From NCBI RefSeq assembly GCF_000015945.1, contig NC_009033.1, positions 960,001-992,000 of the forward strand: DNA of 32,000 bases. Reading direction: 5' to 3'. This DNA comes from Staphylothermus marinus F1 (lineage in GTDB: Archaea; Thermoproteota; Thermoprotei_A; Sulfolobales; Desulfurococcaceae). Below the pieces are notes generated by a model. The model saw only the letters and a list, made by a program, of their open reading frames with translations. It was not told where the DNA came from and did no database searches. Within the stretch, counting starts at the first letter, position 1. Each line of letters opens with the position of its first letter. Below are positions 1 to 9,001 of the stretch, piece after piece. Position numbers and translations under genes: made by a program.

Positions 1-101
1 CTAGCTGGGTTAGCAAATCCAGCTATTTCCTTGTATTTGTAAAAGAATTCTGCAGCACTAATCGCTTTGTAATTCTCTGCTGTCTCGCTAGTAGCTGCCA
101 A
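1..101 (-). CDS. top6B: DNA topoisomerase VI subunit B, N-terminal fragment (gene runs off the left edge)
   Basis: The minus strand reads TTG(101..99)-AATSETAENYKAISAAEFFYKYKEIAGFANPA with an in-frame stop just upstream. The AEFF...AGF.NPA pattern matches my memory of the Sulfolobus Top6B N-terminus (LSPAEFFKRNPELAGFPNPA). Only 33 codons are visible. Confidence 0.5.
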   Translation of the reverse strand, partial: MAATSETAENYKAISAAEFFYKYKEIAGFANPA

Positions 102-276
102 TATATAATCACCACTGTTTTATCATCCTTAAATATAATACTTTTTGTAACACTTTATAAGCAAAAGTATATATCAGAAAATACAATATATAGTAATACT
201 TTCACTCTTCTCCCACACTCTCATAGAAATAAATCTTTTTCATTAATGCACAGCTTTAATGGTTTTTCAACAGTAA

Positions 277-687
277 ATGGTGAGACATAATATGAATGCG
301 ATATCACCACTAATAGCGGCAGCATTATTGTTAATAATAACTGTTGCAGGCGGCGTAATTATATATAACTATGTAATGAACACGTTGCAAGCACCCCAAC
401 AATTTGCATCAATAACAGTATTATCTGCAAAAATGCTAGTAGATAATGGTCAAACAATACTCAATATAAAGGCAACCAATATTGGAACCACATCAGCAAA
501 AATAACTGGAGTGAGGATCCTGCCGGACAATTTATCGGTTAATACCGATGTGACTATAGAACCAGGTGTTACTAAAAGCATAAACCTATACATAAACCAA
601 ACATTAGACACAACCACAAACCACTATGTAATTATTGAATATGATAACGGAGAAACAGAACCTGTCATGATAAATATTATTAAGTAA
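277..687 (+). CDS. archaeal type IV pilin-like protein (class III signal peptide, DUF361-type N-terminus)
   Basis: The N-terminus MVRHNMNA/ISPLIAAALLLIITVAGGVIIYNYV has the A-ISP-hydrophobic motif typical of prepilin-peptidase substrates. It lies immediately upstream of the pilus ATPase and membrane genes. ATG 292 is an alternative start, preceded by GGTGAG at 279-284. Confidence 0.6.
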   Translation: MVRHNMNAISPLIAAALLLIITVAGGVIIYNYVMNTLQAPQQFASITVLSAKMLVDNGQTILNIKATNIGTTSAKITGVRILPDNLSVNTDVTIEPGVTKSINLYINQTLDTTTNHYVIIEYDNGETEPVMINIIK

Positions 688-708
688 CTATTTGAGGAAT
701 GAGCAAAA

Positions 709-2259
709 ATGAGGATAAATAAATTTAATTCTTTTTTTAAATTTCTCAAACATCAATTCACCCGTAAAAGGTCTTTTGAAGTAAAAAAGCTAATTATTAA
801 AGAAGCATTTCACGAAATAATAAAAGAATACATTGAGAAAACAGTAATCATCCCAGTTAAGCCTGTAAATATAGTTGAAGAATATGTTGTCGGAAACGTT
901 GTAAGAATATATATTAATAGAACAGGTAAAAGCCTTCTACAATACATAGTTCACGAGCCAAGCTATGATAAAGACACTATATATGCTGTCTCCAAGCTGT
1001 ACATAGAAAACCCTAATTGTAAAAATAATATATGCATTCAGGAGACGCTCTCAAATATTAATGATAAAAAACTTCATAAAATATATTCCGAACAGCCGAT
1101 CCGAGTTAACTATTATTATTTCAAGATATCAAGTGGATATGGATCACTGTATCCACTAATAATTGATCCGTATATTGAGGAAATAGCTGTCAATGCATCT
1201 GATAAAATTGTATCGATAATAAATAGGAAATACTCATGGTATGGATGGATGAATACTAATATCTACATAGATGAAAAAGTAATTGATAGACTAGTCCTAA
1301 GTATTGCGCGTAAGATGGGTAAGCATTTATCAATAGCACAACCATTAGCAGAAGGCTTAACAAATGATGGTCTAAGAATTAGCTTAACCTATGGCCGGGA
1401 AATATCTAGGAAAGGTAGTAGCGTGGTTATTAGGAAAAAACCTAGCACTCCATGGACTATTACAAGACTAATAGATATGAAAATGTTATCATCATTGATA
1501 GCAGCATATGCATGGTTAGTTCTTGAGCTACGAGGCTCAATACTTATTGTTGGAGGCATGAGTACTGGGAAAACGACTCTTCTTCAAGGATTACTAACAC
1601 TTATACCGCCCACGAGAAGAGTTGTAACGATAGAGGATACACCTGAAATAACGGGATCGACTGGTTTATGGGATCCCTTGGTTGAGAGAATAGTTAGTAT
1701 TGGTGAAAGCATTAATGTTTCCATGTATGATTTATTAAAGTTTAGCTTGCGTAGAAGAGCAGATTATATAGTTGTTGGCGAGGTAAGGGGGAGGGAAGCG
1801 CGTCTCTTATTACAAGCTAGTAGGCTGGGTCACGGGGTTTTAGCAACTTTTCATGGTGAAGACGCAGAGACTGTTATTGAAAGACTTATTTCTCCACCAA
1901 TATCAATTCCGAAAAACATGTTATCTAGTATATGGAGCATTATTGTTTTAGAAAACATTAATGGTGTAAGAAGAGTTAGAAGTGTATATGAGATTACCAA
2001 GAATATTAAACCAGTTAAGATCGTTGGGCTTAAAAACAATGGATTATATGATCCTAGTGATGCTAAGTCGTTGGCTGAGAAGAGTATAAGACTACAATTA
2101 TTACTTGACACAGATGATTTAGCTTATGAGTTAGCGTCTAGAGCCTCTTTTCTCGATAAACTAGTTGCCAAAGGCATCTTTGCACTTAATACTCTTGGCG
2201 AGGAGCTTGTAAACTATTATTATAGAGGTATAGAAGAAATTGCTGAACATAATAAATAA
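709..2259 (+). CDS. type II/IV secretion-superfamily ATPase (FlaI/VirB11/PilB-like pilus assembly ATPase)
   Basis: Walker A GGMSTGKTT, Asp box VTIEDTPEI, Walker B DYIVVGEVRGREA, His box LATFHG. It sits between a pilin-like gene and a FlaJ/TadC-like gene. Confidence 0.85.
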   Translation: MRINKFNSFFKFLKHQFTRKRSFEVKKLIIKEAFHEIIKEYIEKTVIIPVKPVNIVEEYVVGNVVRIYINRTGKSLLQYIVHEPSYDKDTIYAVSKLYIENPNCKNNICIQETLSNINDKKLHKIYSEQPIRVNYYYFKISSGYGSLYPLIIDPYIEEIAVNASDKIVSIINRKYSWYGWMNTNIYIDEKVIDRLVLSIARKMGKHLSIAQPLAEGLTNDGLRISLTYGREISRKGSSVVIRKKPSTPWTITRLIDMKMLSSLIAAYAWLVLELRGSILIVGGMSTGKTTLLQGLLTLIPPTRRVVTIEDTPEITGSTGLWDPLVERIVSIGESINVSMYDLLKFSLRRRADYIVVGEVRGREARLLLQASRLGHGVLATFHGEDAETVIERLISPPISIPKNMLSSIWSIIVLENINGVRRVRSVYEITKNIKPVKIVGLKNNGLYDPSDAKSLAEKSIRLQLLLDTDDLAYELASRASFLDKLVAKGIFALNTLGEELVNYYYRGIEEIAEHNK

Positions 2260-3595
2260 TATTATAACTTATCTCTTCAATAACATACTATTTATAATAT
2301 TCATAATTTCTTCTCTAATTATATTACTCATACTCGTTTTCCGGCGACAAATAAGCGAGATTATCCAGAAGATGAGCCTAGAAAATGAATTACCCGATTT
2401 CCTAGCATTACTTCTCACGTTTGAAGCTAATGGTATTAGATTAGATGAGGTCTTAGAGGAAGCTTCTAAGAATAAACTTGTTCTCCCAAAGCCCTATCAG
2501 AAATTATCACTTATTTTTAGTGTTTTATCGAGAATTACAAACGACCCATATACTTGTCTGAAAAAGCTTGCTGAATATATTCCTAGTAATAGAGTTAAGA
2601 ATTTTGTGAGGGGTTATGCTGAAGTATTAATTACTACGGGTGATACTTTATCCTATATTGATTCCTTCATAAATGAGGAGTTCAGTGTTTTGAAAATGCG
2701 AATTAATAATATCGTATCTTTCATTGATATGTTGTTTGAGGGGTTTCTAATAATTCTTCTCGGAATACTTGTTTATTCCTTAATTCCTTTAGGAGGGTTG
2801 CCAATAGAATTAGTAGTGTTTATTATAGTTATGTTGTCTCTTTTTTCATATATATTAGCATATAAGTTGTTAGAGCTAACATATTATTATATGTCTACAT
2901 TTTATGTTTTTCTAACTATTGTATTCATTGTCTCAACACCGATTATCCTGTTTCTTATTCAGGATTTAATGGTTGTTTATACATTAATTATTATACTAGC
3001 TGGTTTATTCCTATATTTTAAACATAGAATTTTCGAAGAAATTGATTCTCAAACAATGGTTTTGCTTGAAGAGGTTTATGGAGAATCTAGGCTTGGTATG
3101 CCTATTGATAGTGCGTTAATTAAGGTAATTGATAGACTTGATGGCCCCTTCACTAAGATAACTGATCTGCTTAAAATGGGTGCTAAACCTAACGAGATAG
3201 TTAATGCTATCAATTTTTCTCAGTTGTCTAGAAAAGTTTTCTCGTTACTGCTTACTCCCGTAGAGTATAGTAAGAGTCATTATAGGCATATTGGATACAT
3301 TATTAACATTTTAGATCATATTAGGGGTTTAAGGAAGAGTCTTAGTGAGAGAAGTAAAATATACTATATATATGTTTTGACACTACCTCTGGTTGTATTA
3401 GTTTTCATGAATACATTGTTGAATATGGATTCATCAATGATTTACCAAGGAATTGATCAAGTATTTATGAAGAAAATGACTTACGTTGCTGTTTTCGAAT
3501 CTCTAATTATTGCATCCATGATTGATAAGGGGTATTGGTTTAGGTCGGTTTTAATGTATGCTATGATGTTTTTAACAATGATACTACTACTATAA
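2240..3595 (+). CDS. FlaJ/TadC-like polytopic membrane platform protein of a type IV pilus-like system
   Basis: Many hydrophobic helices alternate with soluble segments such as ELPDFLALLLTFEANGIRLDEVLEEA, which is T2SS-F/TadC-like. A TTG start overlaps the ATPase stop by 20 nt. ATG at 2372 (MSLENELPDF) is an alternative start. Confidence 0.7.
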   Translation: MLNIINNIITYLFNNILFIIFIISSLIILLILVFRRQISEIIQKMSLENELPDFLALLLTFEANGIRLDEVLEEASKNKLVLPKPYQKLSLIFSVLSRITNDPYTCLKKLAEYIPSNRVKNFVRGYAEVLITTGDTLSYIDSFINEEFSVLKMRINNIVSFIDMLFEGFLIILLGILVYSLIPLGGLPIELVVFIIVMLSLFSYILAYKLLELTYYYMSTFYVFLTIVFIVSTPIILFLIQDLMVVYTLIIILAGLFLYFKHRIFEEIDSQTMVLLEEVYGESRLGMPIDSALIKVIDRLDGPFTKITDLLKMGAKPNEIVNAINFSQLSRKVFSLLLTPVEYSKSHYRHIGYIINILDHIRGLRKSLSERSKIYYIYVLTLPLVVLVFMNTLLNMDSSMIYQGIDQVFMKKMTYVAVFESLIIASMIDKGYWFRSVLMYAMMFLTMILLL

Positions 3596-3617
3596 ATATT
3601 ATATGCTAAATAGTATG

Positions 3618-5069
3618 CTAACCCTTTACAACCCCTATAGGTCTCAGCCTAACAACTAGTTTGCCTATGCCAACTTTGTGTGCTACAAGCACGACTCTAT
3701 CAACGTCTTTGTATGCACCAGGTGCTTCTTCACTTATCACTCTCCTCGTTGCTGCTCGTAGTATAATGCCTTTCCTCGATAACTCTTCTACCACTCGTTC
3801 AGGACGATATGTCCTAATAGCTGCTCCGCGACTCATCCACCTACCTGCACCATGTGGTGCACTATGCCATGTCCTAACTCCTTTCTTTGTCCCAACTAAT
3901 ATATAGCTAGCTGTTCCCATACTTCCTGGTATTAGTACTGGTTGTCCTATGCTCTGATAGTCTTTTGGTATCTCAGGGTGTCCAGGCGGGAATGCTCTTG
4001 TCGCTCCTTTACGATGAACTACAACTTTGTATTTTTTGCCATCTACTATGTGCTCCTCTATTTTCGCAATATTGTGTGCTACATCATATACCAGTTTCAT
4101 TCCAAGATCTTCTGGATCTTTGTGGAATACTTGTTTAAAGCTTTCACGTGTCCAATGCATTATTATTTGTCTATTTGTCCATGCAAAGTTTGCAGCTGCA
4201 GCCATTGCTTTGAAATAGTCTTGTGCTTCCGGTGTTTTGAACGGCAAACTTGCTAGTTCTCTGTCCGGAGGTCTTATTCCGTATTTTCGCATTGCTCTCT
4301 CCATTAATAATAAGTAATCACTTGCTACTTGATGCCCCAATCCACGGCTGCCTGTATGAATCATAATTGTGACTTGTCCTTCATGAGTTATTCCCATAGC
4401 CTTAGCCACTTCGGGATCATATATTTTATCTACTACTTGTATTTCCAAGAAGTGATTTCCTGCACCTAGAGTGCCAAGTTGGTTATGTCCTCTCTGCTTA
4501 GCTCTTCTACTAACTTTGCTAGCATCTGCAACTTTCCAGCTTCCCTGTTCCTCTATATGATCCATATCTTCTGGCCAGCCGAACCCGTTTTCTATAGCCC
4601 ATTCTACACCGCGGTTTAATACCTCATCTAGTTGATCAAAGCTTAGCCTAAGTTTCCCAGTAGCACCAACACCGCTTGGAACGTTTCTAAAGAGTGTATT
4701 TACTAGTTCTTTTAATCTAGGTCTTACATCTTCTTGGTCTAGATCAGTACGGATAACTCTTACTCCGCAGTTTATATCATAGCCTACTCCTCCAGGGCTT
4801 ATAACTCCTGTTTCAACATTGAATCCTGCTACTCCACCTATAGGGAACCCGTAACCTTGATGACCATCTGGCATCACATACATGTTTAACTCTATGCCTG
4901 GTAGACAAGCAACATTTGCTGCTTGAACAAGTGTAAGATCTGATCTCATCTTTTCTAACAAGTATTCATCAGCAAAGATTATTGCATCAGTCTTCATACA
5001 TTCTTTAAATCCTTTAGGTATACGCCACTCATACTCCCCTACTCTTTCAAGTTTAACATTATGGCTCAA
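3618..5069 (-). CDS. rtcB: RtcB RNA 3'-phosphate/tRNA-splicing ligase
   Basis: Motifs GYDINCGVR, GAGNHFLEIQ, HTGSRGLGHQ, APHGAGR. The ORF track starts at ATG 5111. A perfect Shine-Dalgarno GGAGGTGA (5084..5077) lies 7 nt upstream of TTG 5069, which gives MSHNVKLERVGEYEWRIPKG and a 483-aa product of normal RtcB length. Confidence 0.95.
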   Translation of the reverse strand: MSHNVKLERVGEYEWRIPKGFKECMKTDAIIFADEYLLEKMRSDLTLVQAANVACLPGIELNMYVMPDGHQGYGFPIGGVAGFNVETGVISPGGVGYDINCGVRVIRTDLDQEDVRPRLKELVNTLFRNVPSGVGATGKLRLSFDQLDEVLNRGVEWAIENGFGWPEDMDHIEEQGSWKVADASKVSRRAKQRGHNQLGTLGAGNHFLEIQVVDKIYDPEVAKAMGITHEGQVTIMIHTGSRGLGHQVASDYLLLMERAMRKYGIRPPDRELASLPFKTPEAQDYFKAMAAAANFAWTNRQIIMHWTRESFKQVFHKDPEDLGMKLVYDVAHNIAKIEEHIVDGKKYKVVVHRKGATRAFPPGHPEIPKDYQSIGQPVLIPGSMGTASYILVGTKKGVRTWHSAPHGAGRWMSRGAAIRTYRPERVVEELSRKGIILRAATRRVISEEAPGAYKDVDRVVLVAHKVGIGKLVVRLRPIGVVKG

Positions 5070-5076
5070 GAATCTT

Positions 5077-5084
5077 TCACCTCC
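5077..5084 (-). promoter_or_regulatory. Shine-Dalgarno sequence GGAGGTGA for rtcB
   Basis: The forward strand reads tcacctcc, complementary to the archaeal 16S 3' end consensus. It is 7 nt from TTG 5069. Confidence 0.6.
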
Positions 5085-5173
5085 TAAAGAACGCGAGATT
5101 AACACATACATGCTTATTATTGTTATTATTATATAATGTCTTCAGGGGTTATTATTGGTATTATGTTGTGTAC

Positions 5174-6466
5174 TTATTTATTTAATAATAGATCTAACAG
5201 TGTCTTCTCGAGCATCTTATTATTAATTGTTATCTGCTCTTTGGCTTGTAGATCTTTTATGGATATTTTTTCTTGTCTATATTCTTTTTCTCCAATAATA
5301 ATGGCGAAATCTATGTTTTCTTTATTAGCTATGCTTAGAGCTTTTCGTAGTTTATTTGTTGTATATATCCATGAAGATATTCCTATAGATGATAATTTCT
5401 CCTGTATTTTGTATCCTATTGTTATTGGTGTATTGCCGAGAATTATAATTAATGCTGATATAGGTTTGGGCGGGTTATAACTTATTTCCTTCATGATCAA
5501 CATTAACCTATCTAGTCCTAGTGCTAATCCTGTTGAGTATTCATATGTTCCACCATAAATTTCTGTTAATCCATCATATCTTCCTCCACCACCAATGCTT
5601 ATGTCTAGCCCCTTGGTGGCTTTGTACTCGAAGATAAGCCCAGTATAGTATGCTAATCCCCTAACTAAGGAAGGATCATATATGGCATTAAAACCTAATT
5701 CTCTCAAATTGTTAATGAAAATGTTTAGTTTATTGAGTTCCTCTTTTAACTGATCATATTTATCTTCAAGTATTTCCCGGTATTGTTCTAGGAAATTCTC
5801 TAACTTGCTCAGTGGTGTTTTTAATAATTCATTTATGATTTCGTATAGTTCTTCGTTTTTTTGTTTTAAATAATTTAATGCTTCGTCAATCATTTTTTTA
5901 TCGATTAAGTGAAGCACATGATCTTGTTCTTCAATTGATAAACCATATTTACTCATGACGGCGCGGTATATGGCTACATTGCCTACTATGTAATAATGTT
6001 TTATCCCAATTTCTTCGAGGTATTTTGAAGCTGTGAACGCGACGCTGAGATCAGCATTTATGTTTTTTTCACCTATTATTTCAAGACCTGCTTGCCAGAA
6101 TTCACGATAGCGGCCTCTTTGTGGTTCTTCGTATCTAAAGCATTGTCCGACATAATATAGTCTAATAGGTTTAGTCCATCCTTGCATATGCTTAAGATAC
6201 GCACGTACAATACTAGCAGTTACTTCTGGTCTAAGCGCTAGTAGTCTTCCAGCTTTATCTTTGAATACATACATTGATTTCTTAATTTCTTCTCCACTTT
6301 TAGCCTCGAATAATTTGAAGAACTCTATTATTGGAGTATTTATGGGTTTGAACCCGTTCAGCATTGATATTTTCTTAAATTTATCAACTAAATACTCGTG
6401 TAGTTGTGCATCTATTCCTATTAGATCTCTTACTCCTCTAGGTGTTTGTATAAGTTCTTTTTTCAC
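5174..6466 (-). CDS. hisS: histidyl-tRNA synthetase
   Basis: N-terminal TPRGVRDL, class II motif 2 FRYEEPQRGRYREFWQAG, motif 3 GGGGRYDGL. It overlaps the upstream endA-like gene by 4 nt. Confidence 0.95.
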   Translation of the reverse strand: MKKELIQTPRGVRDLIGIDAQLHEYLVDKFKKISMLNGFKPINTPIIEFFKLFEAKSGEEIKKSMYVFKDKAGRLLALRPEVTASIVRAYLKHMQGWTKPIRLYYVGQCFRYEEPQRGRYREFWQAGLEIIGEKNINADLSVAFTASKYLEEIGIKHYYIVGNVAIYRAVMSKYGLSIEEQDHVLHLIDKKMIDEALNYLKQKNEELYEIINELLKTPLSKLENFLEQYREILEDKYDQLKEELNKLNIFINNLRELGFNAIYDPSLVRGLAYYTGLIFEYKATKGLDISIGGGGRYDGLTEIYGGTYEYSTGLALGLDRLMLIMKEISYNPPKPISALIIILGNTPITIGYKIQEKLSSIGISSWIYTTNKLRKALSIANKENIDFAIIIGEKEYRQEKISIKDLQAKEQITINNKMLEKTLLDLLLNK

Positions 6467-6984
6467 TGCTCATTCCTCGGATCTATTTTTGAAACTTCAT
6501 AATATGTTAAGTCTCCCTGTAAACTAACAATAGCATAAATGAGTTCTAAGTTATTACTATGTGCTGTTTCAATATCTTTAATAATAGTATCTGCTGGTCT
6601 TTTTGAGCCTTCCTCTAATATAACAACTAGTTTTAAATCACCATGTTTATCTTTAACCAGAAACTTCTTATCATCTATAACTCTTACTTTTCTCCCCCGA
6701 TCCCTAAGATCCTTATATACAACTAGCTTTGGCCAAAAGAACTGTTTTAGACAACCATAGTTTTTCTCTAAAAACTCGTTATATGTGGTTATTTCTAGTC
6801 CTTCTAGAACTAGGCGTATTCTACCATGTAGAAGTAGGTATGCTAGCTCAACAATATCTAAAACTAAGTTTTCTCCTTCTAGTCTACCAAACCATTTTTT
6901 CTCCAAATTATTAATGCTCTTTTTGTCTTTAACTATACCTATACATTTAGATTGATCAAACCATACTATATAGCTATATTTCAT
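6463..6984 (-). CDS. endA: tRNA-splicing endonuclease family subunit, probably the structural (beta-type) subunit of a crenarchaeal heterotetramer
   Basis: VYKDLRDRG and the C-terminal AHSNN...YAIVSLQGDLTYYEV resemble EndA-fold signatures. The catalytic-subunit KFG.DF..Y segment and the Lys after AHS appear to be absent. Size is 173 aa. Confidence 0.55.
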   Translation of the reverse strand: MKYSYIVWFDQSKCIGIVKDKKSINNLEKKWFGRLEGENLVLDIVELAYLLLHGRIRLVLEGLEITTYNEFLEKNYGCLKQFFWPKLVVYKDLRDRGRKVRVIDDKKFLVKDKHGDLKLVVILEEGSKRPADTIIKDIETAHSNNLELIYAIVSLQGDLTYYEVSKIDPRNEQ

Positions 6985-7070
6985 CTAAGTATTCCCCACA
7001 GCTTTACAAGTTTTCATGTATTCCTATATATTGTGGTATTTTATCTTAATAATAACAACTATATAAAATG

Positions 7071-7762
7071 TTATATAATGGGTGCTTCATGCCCAGTTGT
7101 TTCTTCGAATCCACGTGTTGTTTGTGTTGGTAGTGTGGCCCAAGCAATTAATTCTATTATAGTACCTATGAATATTATGATTAATCCGACCAATATTATT
7201 GTTAGAACCGCTCCTATAAAATACACTGTTCCCACCGTGTGGAATATGTTGTGTTTAAACGTGTCAGCTATCATGTAGTAACTATCTCTTCTCCTATAAA
7301 ATACACTGTTCCCACCGTGTGGAATATGTTGTGTTTAAACGTGTCAGCTATCATGTAGTAACTATCTCTTATTCTAATGTATCCAAGTAGCAGGAATATA
7401 TACATGATAATAAATGCTATAATCGCTACCAGCATTACTCCAAGGGGTAGTGAAGGCCATATTGTTGGTGGGAATCCATGCATTGGGAAATGATGAAATG
7501 TGATCATGGCTATTAACCCTAGAGATACAATAATAATCATGGCTATGACAAATCCTATTATCACAAATATTACTCCTGTTAAATACTTATCGAAAATAGC
7601 TCTAACACCACTTACCTCCGCTAGTTCATGGACAGCTATGAGTAGGAGAATAAATCCTATAATTGATAATATTGAACCATATCCAGAAGCTCCAGTTAGT
7701 AATCCTACAAGCTCTAATATAACACCTATTAAGCCAAGAATTTTAGCTGTTTCTAGACCCAT
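7071..7762 (-). pseudogene. DUF996-like polytopic membrane protein gene, frameshifted by an 80-bp tandem duplication
   Basis: The two track ORFs (7271..7762 and 7071..7274) both encode MIADTFKHNIFHTVGTVYFIG. Removing one 80-bp copy fuses them in frame: 692-80=612 nt, giving 203 aa. The N-terminus MGLETAKILGLIGVILELVG and the multi-TM profile are DUF996-like from memory. Confidence 0.65.
7211..7370. repeat. perfect tandem direct duplication, 2 x 80 bp (7211-7290 and 7291-7370)
   Basis: The two units are identical at all 80 positions on direct reading. The flanking bases differ, so the unit length is exactly 80 bp, which is not a multiple of 3. Confidence 0.98.
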
Positions 7763-7851
7763 GAGTGAACAACCTGCATATTGTTTAATATTATGTTCAA
7801 TGATATATTAGTATAATTACATATGTAAATTTTTGCTGGAGGGTGTATGAT

Positions 7852-8922
7852 ATGAATAATTATCCTTACCCTATAAAGATTAGAGCTGTCTGGTGGAGAG
7901 AAGAGGATAAGAGCATCTGCTGGATTAATACAAAGGAGTTGCCATTTAAAGAAGAAATAATTTGTAGTAGTGATCCTGGAAGAGTAGCTAAAGCAATTAT
8001 TGAGATGGAGATTCGTGGTGCACCTGCAATTGGGGTGGCTGCAGCATTAGCTATTGCTTCATATGCATATAAGGTGAAAACAAGAGATATAGATAGTTTC
8101 TATAGAGAAGTTGATTCAGCAATTAATATCTTATGGAATACTAGGCCAACAGCACACAACTTGTTCTGGGCTCTCCGTAGAATGCGTAGAAAACTTCATG
8201 AAGCCGTAGAAAAAGGAGTTAGCGTTGATGAAGTTGTCGAAATTCTTGAGAATGAAGCAAAGAATATAATGGATGAAGATATTCGTGCAAATATAAAACT
8301 CGGAGAATATGGTGCAGAGCTAGTCCCTGACAACTCTACTATTTTAACTCATTGTAATGCAGGTGCTTTAGCGACGGCAGCTTTTGGAACGGCTGAGGGT
8401 ATTATGAGGGCCGCATGGTATAAGGGTAAGAAAATCAAGGTCATAGCTACAGAGACTAGACCTGTTTTGCAGGGTGCTAGACTCACTGTTTGGGAGCTTG
8501 TAAAGGAGGGCATACCTGTTACACTCATAACTGATAATATGGCAGGCTATGTTATTAGGAAAGGACTAGTTGATCTAGTAATAGTCGGTGCTGACCGAAT
8601 AACAAGCGAAGGATACGTTGTCAACAAAATAGGTACATATATGATAGCGTTAGCTGCAAAGAGAAAAGGAATACCCTTCTATGTTGCTGCTCCAACAAGC
8701 ACTATAGATTTAGAATCCACAATAAATGATATAGTAATAGAAGAGAGAAACCCTGATGAAGTCCGAAAAGTCCTTGAAAAATATATTACATTACCCGATG
8801 TATCAGCACTAAATTATGCGTTCGACATAACTGATCCTGATCTTGTAACAGCAATAATAACTGAAAAAGGAGTTATTAAGCCACCCTATAATGAAAACTT
8901 ACCGAAAATTCTGAAAAAATAA
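7852..8922 (+). CDS. mtnA: eIF-2B alpha/beta/delta-family sugar-phosphate isomerase, MtnA-like (methylthioribose-1-phosphate isomerase / aIF-2BI)
   Basis: MEIRGAPAIGVAAALAIA, TRPTAHNLFWAL, HCNAGALATA, ETRPVLQGARLT and GADRIT motifs, plus an N-terminal W...LP extension typical of the M1P-isomerase subfamily. ATG 7852 is preferred over GTG 7843 because GGAGGGTG (7838-7845) acts as the SD. Confidence 0.8.
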   Translation: MNNYPYPIKIRAVWWREEDKSICWINTKELPFKEEIICSSDPGRVAKAIIEMEIRGAPAIGVAAALAIASYAYKVKTRDIDSFYREVDSAINILWNTRPTAHNLFWALRRMRRKLHEAVEKGVSVDEVVEILENEAKNIMDEDIRANIKLGEYGAELVPDNSTILTHCNAGALATAAFGTAEGIMRAAWYKGKKIKVIATETRPVLQGARLTVWELVKEGIPVTLITDNMAGYVIRKGLVDLVIVGADRITSEGYVVNKIGTYMIALAAKRKGIPFYVAAPTSTIDLESTINDIVIEERNPDEVRKVLEKYITLPDVSALNYAFDITDPDLVTAIITEKGVIKPPYNENLPKILKK

Positions 8923-9001
8923 CCAAGCCACTAATCGATTTATTTGAGAATCAGTTTGAGAAAAAATAATAAGACTCGCACCTAGACATCAAATTATGAA
9001 T

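Noticed and set aside
195-205. The identical 11-mer AATACTTTCAC at 195-205 and 31910-31920 as possible att sites or island boundaries bracketing the whole window.
   Set aside because: In 32 kb of AT-rich sequence many 11-mer coincidences are expected. The enclosed genes are core housekeeping, and there is no integrase and no tRNA-end target. I kept it only as a weak motif link in the CAATACT finding.
3661-4256. Plus-strand ORFs 3661..3906, 3942..4256 and 4027..4218, antisense to rtcB. Similar cases are 5136..5480 and 6261..6527 (opposite hisS), 6539..6914 (opposite endA-like), 13110..13304 and 14507..15087 (opposite OFOR genes), 16495..16936 (opposite PCNA), 17972..18951 (opposite the HerA-like gene), 20245..22284 (opposite lhr) and 22970..23215.
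   Set aside because: Each is fully embedded opposite a strongly supported conserved gene. None has a recognisable motif, and all have Cys/Ser/Leu-rich compositions typical of shadow ORFs.
7211-7370. Whether the 80-bp repeat pair could be a mini CRISPR array or a mobile-element terminal repeat.
   Set aside because: The two units are directly abutting with no spacer, lie inside a coding frame, have no internal dyad symmetry, and no cas or transposase genes are nearby. A simple tandem duplication explains everything.
6952-7811. Plus-strand ORFs 6952..7278 and 7500..7811 overlapping the DUF996-like locus.
   Set aside because: They are antisense to a coherent multi-TM protein frame. The minus-strand frame explains the duplication-induced split exactly, and the plus-strand ORFs do not.
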